This document shows, one piece after another, positions 15,625 through 26,092 of a DNA stretch of 64,000 nt. Source of the stretch: Escherichia coli. GTDB taxonomy: Bacteria; Pseudomonadota; Gammaproteobacteria; Enterobacterales; Enterobacteriaceae. How positions within the stretch are numbered: the first letter of the stretch is position 1; each line of letters begins with the position of its first letter. The DNA lies in the NCBI RefSeq assembly GCF_016026235.1, contig NZ_CP065613.1. One strand, 5' to 3'. Made by a program: the position numbers and the translations under genes. The notes under the pieces were generated by a model, which ran no database searches, was not told where the DNA came from, and saw only the letters and a program-made list of their open reading frames with translations.

Positions 15625-16274
15625 TACTGCGATTGCGTTCCTAAAGTTTGAATTCCTGGCACCTGTACAGCGGCTTGCTGGGTTTGCGCCTGCTCAAACT
15701 GAAGCTGTTCAGAGTGGAGTCGGCGTTGCAGTTCGTAATCCTGCAACATTGCATTAATGCGACGACGCTGCTCCTGTACCTGCTGCTGTTGACCATTGTT
15801 TGCGGTCGCTTCAGAAGGTACTCCCAGGCTAACCGGGCTGGCTTTACCCATCATCGGCAGTGTATTAAATACCGGCGTTTCGGGCTGCTGGGACGTTTCA
15901 GATTGTCCATTATAGTGCTGGACGCCAACGATAACTGCAAGCGATACGCATGCGGCTACGCCCATTTGGGTAAGCTGTGCCGCCCACGGACGTACTTTCT
16001 GCCAGAATGGCATTTTCTGCCATTGATGCGGCGCAGGCTGGGCTTCCGGGATCAATGTCGCCGGTTGACGTACTGGCTCTTCTTCAATGGCGGCCATCAC
16101 GCGTGAAGAGATATCGAAATGGAGCACCTCGGGAGTATCACCCCGCATTGAGTCACGGATTAAGTGATAGCTTTCCCAGGTTTTCTGCATTTCTGGGTTA
16201 TGAGCCAGTTCGTTAAGCAGCTCACTATCCAGCGTTTCGCCATCCATTAAAGCGGAAAGTTGTTCTTTCTGCAT
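15624..16274 (-). CDS. rseA: Anti-sigma-E factor RseA
   Basis: Track ORF 15624..16310; start set at MQKEQLSALMDGETLD (216 aa). Confidence 0.93.
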   Translation of the reverse strand: MQKEQLSALMDGETLDSELLNELAHNPEMQKTWESYHLIRDSMRGDTPEVLHFDISSRVMAAIEEEPVRQPATLIPEAQPAPHQWQKMPFWQKVRPWAAQLTQMGVAACVSLAVIVGVQHYNGQSETSQQPETPVFNTLPMMGKASPVSLGVPSEATANNGQQQQVQEQRRRINAMLQDYELQRRLHSEQLQFEQAQTQQAAVQVPGIQTLGTQSQ

Positions 16275-16306
16275 GCCTAATACCCTTATCCAGTATCCCG
16301 CTATCG

Positions 16307-16882
16307 TCAACGCCTGATAAGCGGTTGAACTTTGTTATCAATAGCTTCCCTCGCTCGGAAGATACGTGAACGCACCGTACCTACCGGACAATCCATGATA
16401 GCGGCTATCTCTTCATAGCTCAGGCCATCCAGCTCCCGCAAGGTTATTGCCATGCGTAAATCTTCCGGGAGGGACTCAATAGTTCGGAAAACTATCTGTC
16501 TCAGTTCTTCTGACAACATTAAGTTCTCAGGGTTCGAAATTTCTTTCAACGCGCCGCCACTTTCGAAGTTCTCAGCTTCAATGGCATCCACATCACTGGA
16601 AGGTGGACGACGCCCCTGAGCAACCAGGTAATTTTTCGCTGTATTTACAGCAATCCGATACAGCCATGTATAAAAAGCGCTATCTCCCCGGAACGAATCC
16701 AGCGCACGATAGGCTTTAATAAAAGCTTCTTGTACCACATCGGGAACATCACCCGACGGCACATAGCGGGAAACCAGACTCGCCACTTTATGCTGATAGC
16801 GCACTACCAGTAAGTTAAAGGCTTTCTGATCTCCCTTCTGGACCCGTTCAACCAGGACCTGGTCCGTTAACTGCTCGCTCAT
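16307..16882 (-). CDS. rpoE: RNA polymerase sigma-E factor
   Basis: Track ORF 16307..16915; start set at MSEQLTDQVLVERVQKGDQKAF (191 aa); ECF sigma regions 2 and 4. Confidence 0.95.
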   Translation of the reverse strand: MSEQLTDQVLVERVQKGDQKAFNLLVVRYQHKVASLVSRYVPSGDVPDVVQEAFIKAYRALDSFRGDSAFYTWLYRIAVNTAKNYLVAQGRRPPSSDVDAIEAENFESGGALKEISNPENLMLSEELRQIVFRTIESLPEDLRMAITLRELDGLSYEEIAAIMDCPVGTVRSRIFRAREAIDNKVQPLIRR

Positions 16883-16964
16883 CCGAGGTAAAGTCTCCCC
16901 AAACCAAATTTCCACGCGCTATCGAAACGCCACTCCATTAGCTGCAATTTGAGCAAGCAAAGGG

Positions 16965-16992
16965 TTAGAGTGTCTCGTTTTTGTAAAGTTCC
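16965..16992 (-). promoter_or_regulatory. Sigma-E-dependent promoter of rpoE (autoregulated)
   Basis: Minus-strand GGAACTT - 16 nt - TCTAA, a strong match to the sigma-E consensus, ~80 nt upstream of the rpoE ATG. Confidence 0.7.
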
Positions 16993-17265
16993 GTAACGCA
17001 TCTGTTTTTGTTTGTCATGCTGTAGACGGATCATTATCTATCATTATAAGTCTACAGAATCTGAACATCGCATTATCTGTGTAGAAATGCCCATTTAACT
17101 GCCTGAAGAGTAACCCAACGGCCTTTTTATTTCACCACCTAATCCTCCGCCAGCCAGTAACTTCTCTTTTTCTCGCCGCCCTGCGTCAGCGTGTTTAGCC
17201 ACTGTAACAAATATTAAAATAGCAGGTGTTTATTCGCACAACATGATGCTATGCTGACCAAACCG

Positions 17266-17283
17266 TGTTTAGTAAATTAAACA
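17266..17283. promoter_or_regulatory. Putative NadR operator at nadB
   Basis: TGTTTA-GTAAAT-TAAACA 18-bp palindrome a few nt upstream of the nadB start codon; a second TGTTTA half-site at ~17227. Confidence 0.5.
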
Positions 17284-17289
17284 AAGAAA

Positions 17290-18912
17290 ATGAATACTCT
17301 CCCTGAACATTCATGTGACGTGTTGATTATCGGTAGCGGCGCAGCCGGGCTTTCACTGGCGCTACGCCTGGCTGACCAGCATCAGGTCATCGTTCTAAGT
17401 AAAGGCCCGGTAACGGAAGGTTCAACATTTTATGCCCAGGGCGGTATTGCCGCCGTGTTTGATGAAACTGACAGCATTGATTCGCATGTGGAAGACACAT
17501 TGATTGCCGAGGCTGGTATTTGCGATCGCCATGCAGTTGAATTTGTCGCCAGCAATGCACGATCCTGTGTGCAATGGTTAATCGACCAGGGGGTGTTATT
17601 TGATACCCACATTCAACCGAATGGTGAAGAAAGCTACCATCTGACCCGTGAAGGTGGCCATAGTCACCGTCGTATTCTTCATGCCGCCGACGCAACTGGT
17701 AGAGAAGTAGAAACCACGCTGGTGAGCAAGGCGCTGAACCATCCGAATATTCGCGTGCTGGAGCGCAGCAACGCGGTTGATCTGATTATTTCTGACAAAA
17801 TTGGCTTGCCGGGCACGCGACGGGTTGTTGGCGCGTGGGTATGGAACCGAAATAAAGAAACGGTGGAAACCTGCCACGCAAAAGCGGTGGTGCTGGCAAC
17901 CGGCGGTGCGTCGAAGGTTTATCAGTACACCACCAATCCGGATATTTCTTCTGGCGATGGCATTGCTATGGCGTGGCGCGCAGGCTGCCGGGTTGCCAAT
18001 CTCGAATTTAATCAGTTCCACCCTACCGCGCTGTATCACCCACAGGCACGCAATTTCCTGTTAACGGAAGCACTGCGCGGCGAAGGCGCTTATCTCAAGC
18101 GCTCGGATGGCACGCGTTTTATGCCCGATTTTGATGTGCGCGGCGAACTGGCCCCGCGCGATATTGTCGCCCGCGCCATTGACCATGAAATGAAACGCCT
18201 CGGCGCGGATTGTATGTTCCTTGATATCAGCCATAAGCCCGCCGATTTTATTCGCCAGCATTTCCCGATGATTTATGAAAAATTGCTCGGGCTGGGGATT
18301 GATCTCACACAAGAACCGGTACCGATTGTGCCTGCTGCACATTATACCTGCGGTGGTGTAATGGTTGATGATCATGGGCGTACGGACGTCGAGGGCTTGT
18401 ATGCCATTGGCGAGGTGAGTTATACCGGCTTACACGGCGCTAACCGCATGGCCTCGAATTCATTGCTGGAGTGTCTGGTCTATGGCTGGTCGGCGGCAGA
18501 AGATATCACCAGACGTATGCCTTATGCCCACGGCGTCAGTACGTTACCGCCGTGGGATGAAAGCCGCGTTGAGAACCCTGACGAACGGGTAGTAATTCAG
18601 CATAACTGGCACGAGCTACGGCTGTTTATGTGGGATTACGTCGGCATTGTGCGCACAACAAAACGTCTTGAGCGCGCCCTGCGGCGTATCAATATGTTGC
18701 AACAGGAAATAGACGAATATTACGCCCACTTCCGCGTGTCGAATAATTTGCTGGAGCTGCGTAATCTGGTACAGGTTGCCGAGTTGATTGTTCGCTGTGC
18801 GATGATGCGCAAGGAGAGTCGGGGGTTGCATTTCACGCTGGATTATCCAGAACTGCTCACCCATTCCGGTCCATCGATCCTTTCCCTCGGCAATCATTAC
18901 ATAAACAGATAA
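17290..18912 (+). CDS. nadB: L-aspartate oxidase
   Basis: 540-aa ORF; FAD-binding GSGAAG motif; matches NadB. Confidence 0.96.
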   Translation: MNTLPEHSCDVLIIGSGAAGLSLALRLADQHQVIVLSKGPVTEGSTFYAQGGIAAVFDETDSIDSHVEDTLIAEAGICDRHAVEFVASNARSCVQWLIDQGVLFDTHIQPNGEESYHLTREGGHSHRRILHAADATGREVETTLVSKALNHPNIRVLERSNAVDLIISDKIGLPGTRRVVGAWVWNRNKETVETCHAKAVVLATGGASKVYQYTTNPDISSGDGIAMAWRAGCRVANLEFNQFHPTALYHPQARNFLLTEALRGEGAYLKRSDGTRFMPDFDVRGELAPRDIVARAIDHEMKRLGADCMFLDISHKPADFIRQHFPMIYEKLLGLGIDLTQEPVPIVPAAHYTCGGVMVDDHGRTDVEGLYAIGEVSYTGLHGANRMASNSLLECLVYGWSAAEDITRRMPYAHGVSTLPPWDESRVENPDERVVIQHNWHELRLFMWDYVGIVRTTKRLERALRRINMLQQEIDEYYAHFRVSNNLLELRNLVQVAELIVRCAMMRKESRGLHFTLDYPELLTHSGPSILSLGNHYINR

Positions 18913-19634
18913 AAAGCCTGGGTCAGCGCCGTATACGCTTCGGAATAGTTCTGGTCTGGCCCACGAATGACTAAGCGATCGCTAAAGCATTCTCCCGCCT
19001 GCGGGGAGAATGCCAGCAGCACCCGATGCGGCAGTCGCGCTTCGTTTTCCGCCACATCCGTCCGCAAACGTAAATGCCAGCCCATGCTTAATGCCAGTTC
19101 AGTAAAACCATTACCAATCTGCTCTGGCAGCACCACGCAGAAAAATCCCTCTTCGGTAATGCACTCCGCCGCACAGGTCAGCAGCGATGGGTGATCAAGC
19201 GTAGTGGTATAGCGAGCCTGTTCCCGTTGAGGTGTCGCGCACTCTACTCCCTGCTGATAGTAAGGTGGGTTACTGATGATTAAATCGAAGCGTACTGTCT
19301 GCTGTGTGATCCACTGCTGAATATCCGCCGTATGGACGTTAATCCGCTCTGCCCACGGGGACTGGTTGATATTTTCCTGCGCCTGCGCGGCAGCTTCACT
19401 TTCCAGCTCAACGGCATCAATTATCACGCTGTCACTGGTTCGCTGCGCCAGCATCAGTGCCAGCAACCCGCTACCCGCGCCGATATCAAGGCAACGTTTC
19501 ACCCCAGCCACCGGTGCCCATGCGCCCAGCAAAATGCCATCCGTTCCCACTTTCATCGCACAGCGATCGTGAGCAACAAAAAACTGTTTAAAAGTAAATC
19601 CATTACGACGAAGCACGGATGTAGACTGTGACAT
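18897..19634 (-). CDS. yfiC: tRNA1(Val) (adenine37-N6)-methyltransferase
   Basis: Track ORF 18897..19754; start set at [20 protein letters not shown] (245 aa); NPPY methyltransferase motif; 3-prime end overlaps nadB 3-prime end by 16 nt. Confidence 0.9.
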   Translation of the reverse strand: MSQSTSVLRRNGFTFKQFFVAHDRCAMKVGTDGILLGAWAPVAGVKRCLDIGAGSGLLALMLAQRTSDSVIIDAVELESEAAAQAQENINQSPWAERINVHTADIQQWITQQTVRFDLIISNPPYYQQGVECATPQREQARYTTTLDHPSLLTCAAECITEEGFFCVVLPEQIGNGFTELALSMGWHLRLRTDVAENEARLPHRVLLAFSPQAGECFSDRLVIRGPDQNYSEAYTALTQAFYLFM

Positions 19635-19765
19635 GAAAATAAAACCTTGCAGGAAAAACGGCGATAGCACCGGGTGAGAACAATACCCGAGAAGCGATAT
19701 CCATACAAACAGATGAAGATTGCAGCCGTAACGTCTATAATCAGCGCCCCACACAGAGGTAGAAC

Positions 19766-21100
19766 ATGACTGTAACGACTTTTTCCGAACTTGAACTCGA
19801 CGAAAGCCTGCTGGAAGCCCTCCAGGATAAAGGTTTCACTCGCCCGACCGCCATTCAGGCTGCCGCCATTCCGCCTGCGCTCGATGGCCGTGATGTACTC
19901 GGTTCTGCGCCGACAGGCACCGGTAAAACGGCGGCGTATCTGCTGCCAGCGTTGCAGCACCTGCTCGATTTCCCACGTAAGAAATCCGGTCCGCCGCGTA
20001 TTTTGATCCTCACCCCAACTCGCGAGCTGGCGATGCAGGTGGCCGATCATGCCCGCGAACTGGCGAAACATACGCATCTGGATATCGCCACCATCACCGG
20101 CGGCGTAGCCTATATGAACCACGCGGAAGTATTCAGCGAAAATCAGGACATCGTGGTCGCCACGACCGGACGTCTGCTGCAATACATAAAAGAAGAGAAC
20201 TTCGATTGCCGCGCGGTTGAAACGCTGATCCTCGACGAAGCAGACCGTATGCTGGATATGGGCTTCGCTCAGGATATCGAACATATTGCTGGCGAAACGC
20301 GCTGGCGTAAACAGACCCTGCTCTTTTCGGCAACGCTGGAAGGCGATGCGATTCAGGACTTTGCCGAGCGTCTGCTGGAAGATCCGGTGGAGGTTTCTGC
20401 CAATCCGTCCACCCGTGAGCGCAAAAAAATTCATCAGTGGTATTACCGCGCCGATGACCTGGAACATAAAACCGCATTGCTGGTGCATCTGTTAAAACAG
20501 CCGGAAGCGACCCGCTCAATTGTGTTTGTGCGTAAGCGTGAACGTGTGCATGAGCTGGCAAACTGGCTGCGCGAAGCGGGCATCAACAACTGCTATCTCG
20601 AAGGTGAGATGGTACAAGGCAAGCGTAACGAAGCGATCAAGCGTTTGACCGAAGGTCGCGTAAACGTACTGGTTGCAACCGATGTTGCCGCGCGCGGTAT
20701 CGACATTCCTGACGTCAGCCACGTCTTTAACTTCGATATGCCGCGCAGTGGCGATACTTATTTGCACCGTATCGGACGTACCGCGCGCGCCGGTCGTAAA
20801 GGCACCGCAATTTCGCTGGTGGAAGCCCATGACCATTTGCTGCTGGGCAAGGTTGGCCGTTACATTGAAGAGCCGATTAAAGCTCGCGTTATTGATGAGT
20901 TACGCCCGAAAACGCGTGCGCCAAGCGAGAAGCAGACCGGCAAGCCATCGAAGAAAGTACTGGCAAAACGCGCCGAGAAGAAAAAAGCTAAAGAGAAAGA
21001 GAAACCGCGGGTGAAAAAACGCCATCGCGACACCAAAAATATTGGTAAGCGCCGTAAACCAAGCGGAACGGGCGTGCCACCGCAAACGACAGAAGAGTAA
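19766..21100 (+). CDS. srmB: ATP-dependent RNA helicase SrmB (DEAD-box)
   Basis: 444-aa ORF; GTGKT Walker A, DEAD and SAT motifs, basic C-terminal tail. Confidence 0.96.
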   Translation: MTVTTFSELELDESLLEALQDKGFTRPTAIQAAAIPPALDGRDVLGSAPTGTGKTAAYLLPALQHLLDFPRKKSGPPRILILTPTRELAMQVADHARELAKHTHLDIATITGGVAYMNHAEVFSENQDIVVATTGRLLQYIKEENFDCRAVETLILDEADRMLDMGFAQDIEHIAGETRWRKQTLLFSATLEGDAIQDFAERLLEDPVEVSANPSTRERKKIHQWYYRADDLEHKTALLVHLLKQPEATRSIVFVRKRERVHELANWLREAGINNCYLEGEMVQGKRNEAIKRLTEGRVNVLVATDVAARGIDIPDVSHVFNFDMPRSGDTYLHRIGRTARAGRKGTAISLVEAHDHLLLGKVGRYIEEPIKARVIDELRPKTRAPSEKQTGKPSKKVLAKRAEKKKAKEKEKPRVKKRHRDTKNIGKRRKPSGTGVPPQTTEE

Positions 21101-21104
21101 TCTC

Positions 21105-21118
21105 AATGCCGGGTTTAA
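21105..21118. repeat. 14-bp direct repeat AATGCCGGGTTTAA, left copy flanking the REP cluster
   Basis: Exact match to 21281..21294. Confidence 0.8.
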
Positions 21119-21153
21119 GCCTGGTATTAAAAGTGCTGGCAAACGCAAAACTG

Positions 21154-21250
21154 CCTGATGCGCTACGCTTATCAGGCCTACGTGGCTCATGCAATATATT
21201 GAATTTGCACGATCTTGTAGGCCGGATAAGGCGTTCACGCCGCATCCGGC
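21154..21250. repeat. REP/BIME element (two inverted REP units)
   Basis: GCCTGATGCGCTACGCTTATCAGGCCTAC and GTAGGCCGGATAAGGCGTTCACGCCGCATCCGGC, canonical enterobacterial REP sequences in opposite orientation, between convergent srmB and yfiE. Confidence 0.85.
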
Positions 21251-21280
21251 ATGAATAAAGCGCACTTTGTCGACAAGTTA

Positions 21281-21294
21281 AATGCCGGGTTTAA
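21281..21294. repeat. 14-bp direct repeat AATGCCGGGTTTAA, right copy
   Basis: Exact match to 21105..21118. Confidence 0.8.
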
Positions 21295-21308
21295 TCCCGA
21301 CATTATTT

Positions 21309-22190
21309 TTATCCAGCCACAAAACTCTCTTCAACACACTGAATAAAAGTGTGCATCGCCGGGCTAACCGCTTTTCCAGCATGGTGTGCGCACATGGCCG
21401 TAATGGTCTGCGACTGTTCGCCAAAAGGCAATTCAATTAATTCTCCGCTCTCAAGCTCTTTTTCCACCGCAAAGCGGGGCAAGTAACTGACACCGATATT
21501 CGCCGCGACACAACGTTTGATACTTTCAATGCTTAACAGCTCAATGGTGTTTTCCACCGTGATCCGCCGCTGACGCAGCGTGCTCTCAAATATCTGCCGG
21601 AAGACACATTGCGGTTCGTTGATAATAAAGCTACAGGCGTTATGTCTTCCCGGCTCAGTAAAATCGACATCTGCAATTTGCGGTGAAGCCACCAGCACCA
21701 GCGATTGTTCACCCAACTCTCGTCGGTTCAGGGCATCATCATTCCCTACGCGATAAAAGACGCCGACATCGGCCTCATCATTCAGTAGCGCATCACGGAT
21801 CACGTAACAGTTCAGCGACTGCAACGATAAACGCACTTTTGGTGCGCGTTGCCGAAAACGCTGCAACACCTGCGGCATTCGGTAAGAGAGCAACGTTTCG
21901 CCCGAAACAACGCGTAGTTCCCCGTCCGGATCTGACTCCTTTTTGGCAGCCTCACGAAGCGTATCCATCACTCGGGTAAGTTCATAAATGTGCGGCAGCA
22001 ACTTTTTTCCTTCGCGGGTAAGGCACATCCGTCGGCCAATTTTCTCAAATAACTGGACTGAAAACTCCTGCTCAATCTGCTGAATATGAAAAGTCACCGT
22101 CGATTGTGTACAGCACAATTTTTGCGAAGCTCGCAAAAAGGAACCCTCTTCCACCACGGTTTTAAGCGTAATAAAACGGCGCAGATCCAT
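21309..22190 (-). CDS. yfiE: LysR-family transcriptional regulator
   Basis: Track ORF 21309..22235; start set at MDLRRFITLKTVVEEGSF (293 aa); N-terminal LysR HTH. Confidence 0.88.
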   Translation of the reverse strand: MDLRRFITLKTVVEEGSFLRASQKLCCTQSTVTFHIQQIEQEFSVQLFEKIGRRMCLTREGKKLLPHIYELTRVMDTLREAAKKESDPDGELRVVSGETLLSYRMPQVLQRFRQRAPKVRLSLQSLNCYVIRDALLNDEADVGVFYRVGNDDALNRRELGEQSLVLVASPQIADVDFTEPGRHNACSFIINEPQCVFRQIFESTLRQRRITVENTIELLSIESIKRCVAANIGVSYLPRFAVEKELESGELIELPFGEQSQTITAMCAHHAGKAVSPAMHTFIQCVEESFVAG

Positions 22191-22292
22191 AACCCCAAAC
22201 CTATCGAAAATATCGAATCTAGAATATAAAAACATTCATTTTTTTAAATGTTCCGTGTCGGGTACTGTCTACCAAAACAGAGGAGATAACAA

Positions 22293-22880
22293 GTGACACC
22301 GACCCTTTTAAGTGCTTTTTGGACTTACACCCTGATTACCGCTATGACGCCAGGACCGAACAATATTCTCGCCCTTAGCTCTGCTACGTCGCATGGATTT
22401 CGTCAAAGTACCCGCGTGCTGGCAGGGATGAGTCTGGGATTTTTGATTGTGATGTTACTGTGTGCGGGCATTTCATTTTCACTGGCAGTGATTGACCCGG
22501 CAGCGGTACACCTTTTGAGTTGGGCGGGGGCGGCATATATTGTCTGGCTGGCGTGGAAAATCGCCACCAGCCCAACAAAGGAAGACGGACTTCAGGCAAA
22601 ACCAATCAGCTTTTGGGCCAGCTTTGCTTTGCAGTTTGTGAACGTCAAAATCATTTTGTACGGTGTTACGGCACTGTCGACGTTTGTTCTGCCGCAAACA
22701 CAGGCGCTAAGCTGGGTAGTTGGCGTCAGCGTTTTGCTGGCGATGATTGGGACGTTTGGCAATGTGTGCTGGGCGCTGGCGGGGCATCTGTTTCAGCGAT
22801 TGTTTCGCCAGTATGGTCGCCAGTTAAATATCGTGCTTGCCCTGTTGCTGGTCTATTGCGCGGTACGCATTTTCTATTAA
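22293..22880 (+). CDS. eamB: Cysteine/O-acetylserine exporter (LysE/RhtB family)
   Basis: 195-aa ORF, GTG start preceded by AGGAG; six hydrophobic segments; matches EamB (YfiK). Confidence 0.92.
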   Translation: MTPTLLSAFWTYTLITAMTPGPNNILALSSATSHGFRQSTRVLAGMSLGFLIVMLLCAGISFSLAVIDPAAVHLLSWAGAAYIVWLAWKIATSPTKEDGLQAKPISFWASFALQFVNVKIILYGVTALSTFVLPQTQALSWVVGVSVLLAMIGTFGNVCWALAGHLFQRLFRQYGRQLNIVLALLLVYCAVRIFY

Positions 22881-22882
22881 CG

Positions 22883-22916
22883 AAAAAAAGCGGAAGAGGT
22901 CGCCCTCTTCCGCTTA
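22883..22916. terminator. Bidirectional intrinsic terminator between eamB and grcA
   Basis: AAAAAAAGCGGAAGAGG-TCGCC-CTCTTCCGCTT hairpin with A/T runs on both sides, between convergent genes. Confidence 0.7.
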
Positions 22917-22935
22917 GTAACTTGCTACTTAAGCC

Positions 22936-23319
22936 TTACAGGCTTTCAGTAAAGGTACGAGCGATAACGTCGCGCTGCTGTTCCGGAGTCAGAGAGTTAA
23001 AGCGAACTGCATAACCGGATACACGGATGGTCAGCTGCGGATATTTTTCCGGATGCTTAACTGCATCTTCCAGAGTTTCACGACGCAGAACGTTAACGTT
23101 CAGGTGTTGACCACCTTCAACGCGAACTTCTGGTTTCACTTCTACTGGAACTTCACGGTATTCAATGTCACCCAGTTTGCTTACTGCAACCACTTCATCT
23201 TCTGCATAACCTGCTTTTGCAACGATGCAACGTGCTTCGCCTTTTTCGCTGTCCAGCAGCCAGAAAGAGTTCAGCAGATCGTCGTTAGCGGCTTTAGTAA
23301 TCTGGATACCTGTAATCAT
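22936..23319 (-). CDS. grcA: Autonomous glycyl radical cofactor
   Basis: Track ORF 22936..23337; start set at [19 protein letters not shown] (127 aa); C-terminal RVSGYAV glycyl-radical motif. Confidence 0.95.
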
Positions 23320-23426
23320 GTGATGCCTCCCCGGCAAAATTATTTGATTTGTTCAGCCTGTCGCGGCCAATTGGTAAAACCATTGTTGCTTGAGTGTATA
23401 TATACTCCTCAACCACCCTTGATTCT

Positions 23427-23440
23427 TTGATTTAAATCAA
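23427..23440. promoter_or_regulatory. FNR site I at grcA promoter
   Basis: TTGAT-TTAA-ATCAA, perfect FNR consensus, ~110 bp upstream of the grcA start. Confidence 0.75.
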
Positions 23441-23479
23441 TAAAAACCACACATCGATTGTGGTCGTAAATGGATTTTA

Positions 23480-23493
23480 TTGTTTTACATCAA
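23480..23493. promoter_or_regulatory. FNR site II at grcA promoter
   Basis: TTGTT-TTAC-ATCAA; centre 53 bp from site I. Confidence 0.6.
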
Positions 23494-23623
23494 CTTATGC
23501 GGGTGTGAAATTTTACCAATTTACATTTTTTTGCACTCGTTTAAGTCTAAAAAATGAGCATGATTTTGTTCTGTAGAAAGAAGCAGTTAAGCTAGGCGGA
23601 TTGAAGATTCGCAGGAGAGCGAG

Positions 23624-24313
23624 ATGGCTAACGAATTAACCTGGCATGACGTGCTGGCTGAAGAGAAGCAACAACCTTATTTTCTTAATACCCTTCAGAC
23701 CGTCGCCAGCGAGCGGCAGTCCGGCGTCACTATCTATCCACCACAAAAAGATGTCTTTAACGCGTTCCGCTTTACCGAGTTGGGTGACGTTAAAGTGGTG
23801 ATTCTCGGCCAGGATCCTTATCACGGACCGGGACAGGCGCATGGTCTGGCATTTTCCGTTCGTCCCGGCATTGCCATTCCTCCGTCATTATTGAATATGT
23901 ATAAAGAGCTGGAAAATACTATTCTGGGCTTCACCCGCCCTAATCATGGCTATCTCGAAAGCTGGGCGCGTCAGGGCGTTCTGCTGCTCAATACTGTGTT
24001 GACGGTTCGCGCAGGTCAGGCGCATTCCCACGCCAGCCTCGGTTGGGAGACGTTTACTGATAAAGTCATCAGCCTGATTAACCAGCACCGCGAAGGCGTG
24101 GTGTTTTTGTTGTGGGGATCACATGCGCAAAAGAAAGGGGCGATTATAGATAAGCAACGCCATCATGTACTGAAAGCACCGCATCCGTCGCCGCTTTCGG
24201 CGCATCGTGGATTCTTTGGCTGCAACCATTTTGTGCTGGCAAATCAGTGGCTGGAACAACGTGGCGAGACGCCGATTGACTGGATGCCAGTATTACCGGC
24301 AGAGAGTGAGTAA
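23624..24313 (+). CDS. ung: Uracil-DNA glycosylase
   Basis: 229-aa ORF; GQDPYH and HPSPLS motifs. Confidence 0.97.
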   Translation: MANELTWHDVLAEEKQQPYFLNTLQTVASERQSGVTIYPPQKDVFNAFRFTELGDVKVVILGQDPYHGPGQAHGLAFSVRPGIAIPPSLLNMYKELENTILGFTRPNHGYLESWARQGVLLLNTVLTVRAGQAHSHASLGWETFTDKVISLINQHREGVVFLLWGSHAQKKGAIIDKQRHHVLKAPHPSPLSAHRGFFGCNHFVLANQWLEQRGETPIDWMPVLPAESE

Positions 24314-24360
24314 ATTTGCGGGGAAATGCCGGATGGCAGAGTTGCCACCCGGCTGATTTA

Positions 24361-25398
24361 TCAGGCTTTATTCTGACGCCACCATTCACCAAGCAAAACG
24401 CCGGTTGCGACAGAGATATTCAGCCCGGCAACGTTGCCCGTACCGTCAATCTTCACGCGCAGATCGTTCGGATCGCGTGCGGCATCCGGTAACCCTTCAT
24501 ATTCCTGACCCAGCACCAGTACCATTTTCGCTGGCAGACTAGTTTTGAACAGCGGTTTACCCTGCTCGCTGGAAGTGGTCACTACGGTGTAACCTGCCTG
24601 ACGGAAATCATCCAGCACGTTAACAATGTTGTCGCCAGTAATCGGCTGAACGTGCTCTGCGCCGCCTTCTGCGGTACGGATAGCCGCCCCCGACTCCAGC
24701 AGTGCCGCATCCTGCACCACGACACCTTTCACGCCGAAGTGCGCGCAGCTGCGCATCATGCCACCCAGGTTATGCGGGTTAGATTCGTTTTCCAGTGCCA
24801 GAACGCAATCCTGCGCGCCTGCCTGGCTTACCCACTGCTGCACGGTTGTACCGTTACGCTTTTTGATCAGGAAGCAAACGCCGCCGTGATGTTCCGTGCC
24901 TGACGCTTTTGTCAATTCAGCTTCATCCACCACATGGTACGCTTTGCGGTTTGCCGCCATCCAGCGCAAGGCTTCTTTAAAACGTGGCGTTACACTCTGG
25001 ATAAACCAGGCGCGAACAATCGCTTCCGGACGGCTCTGGAAAAGTGCCTGACATGCATTTTCGCCGTAGACGCGGGTTTCTTCCGCACGCTGACGACGCA
25101 ACACTTCCGGATCAATAAAACTTTTACCACTGATGCCACCGTGATCGGCCTTTTCCGGCGTCTCATCACCCGGCGCGCGGGAAACCGTGCGCCACGGCGA
25201 ATCTTCCCACTTGCGGTCACGGGGCTGACTCTGTTTGTCATCGCGGGCGGGGCGACGGCCACCGTCAGCACGAGATTTTCCTGGACGCCCGCCCCCTTTC
25301 CCGGTACGCGGGTTGTGGGTACGTTTATCAGAATCATCATCACTGCGGACATACATCACTTTGACCTTGCCGCTTTTACCTTTCATTTCATCGTTCAT
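24361..25398 (-). CDS. yfiF: SpoU/TrmH-family RNA 2-prime-O-methyltransferase with basic low-complexity N-terminal extension
   Basis: Track ORF 24361..25473; start set at [22 protein letters not shown] (345 aa). Confidence 0.88.
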
Positions 25399-25604
25399 GC
25401 TTTTCTCCACCAGCGCTGCGCGAAGCGCGCAGATTACCCGAAGTCCGCGCGGTTCGCCATGATTTCGTACCAAAGCCTGCGACTATCATACCTATTGAAT
25501 AAAACAGATTGTTGTCTGGAACAATGTCCCCGATAATATGTAACATATTAGAAACATACCGGCGTCGTTGCCGATAAGTCTCCTTACTCATCCCGAGGTT
25601 AGTT

Positions 25605-26024
25605 ATGAATACCGTTTGTACCCATTGTCAGGCCATCAATCGCATTCCCGACGATCGGATCGAAGATGCGGCAAAATGCGGACGCTGCGGTCACGACTTG
25701 TTTGACGGAGAGGTGATTAATGCGACCGGTGAAACACTCGACAAATTGCTGAAGGATGATCTACCTGTGGTGATCGACTTCTGGGCACCGTGGTGCGGCC
25801 CCTGCCGTAATTTCGCACCAATTTTTGAAGATGTCGCGCAAGAGCGTAGCGGTAAAGTGCGCTTTGTGAAAGTGAATACCGAAGCTGAACGTGAATTGAG
25901 CAGTCGCTTTGGAATTCGTAGTATACCGACGATCATGATTTTCAAAAACGGTCAGGTTGTCGACATGCTTAATGGCGCAGTACCGAAAGCGCCGTTCGAT
26001 AGCTGGCTGAACGAATCTCTTTAA
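25605..26024 (+). CDS. trxC: Thioredoxin 2
   Basis: 139-aa ORF; N-terminal zinc-binding CxxC pairs plus WCGPC active site. Confidence 0.96.
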
Positions 26025-26092
26025 TCTTACCGGGGCGCATCTTGTGCCCCGTTTTCTCCTCTGCGACAATGGCGTTTTTTCGACGCTCTCTT

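Noticed and set aside
19553-20488. 311-aa minus-strand ORF
   Set aside because: Antisense to srmB; no RBS; composition consistent with a shadow frame.
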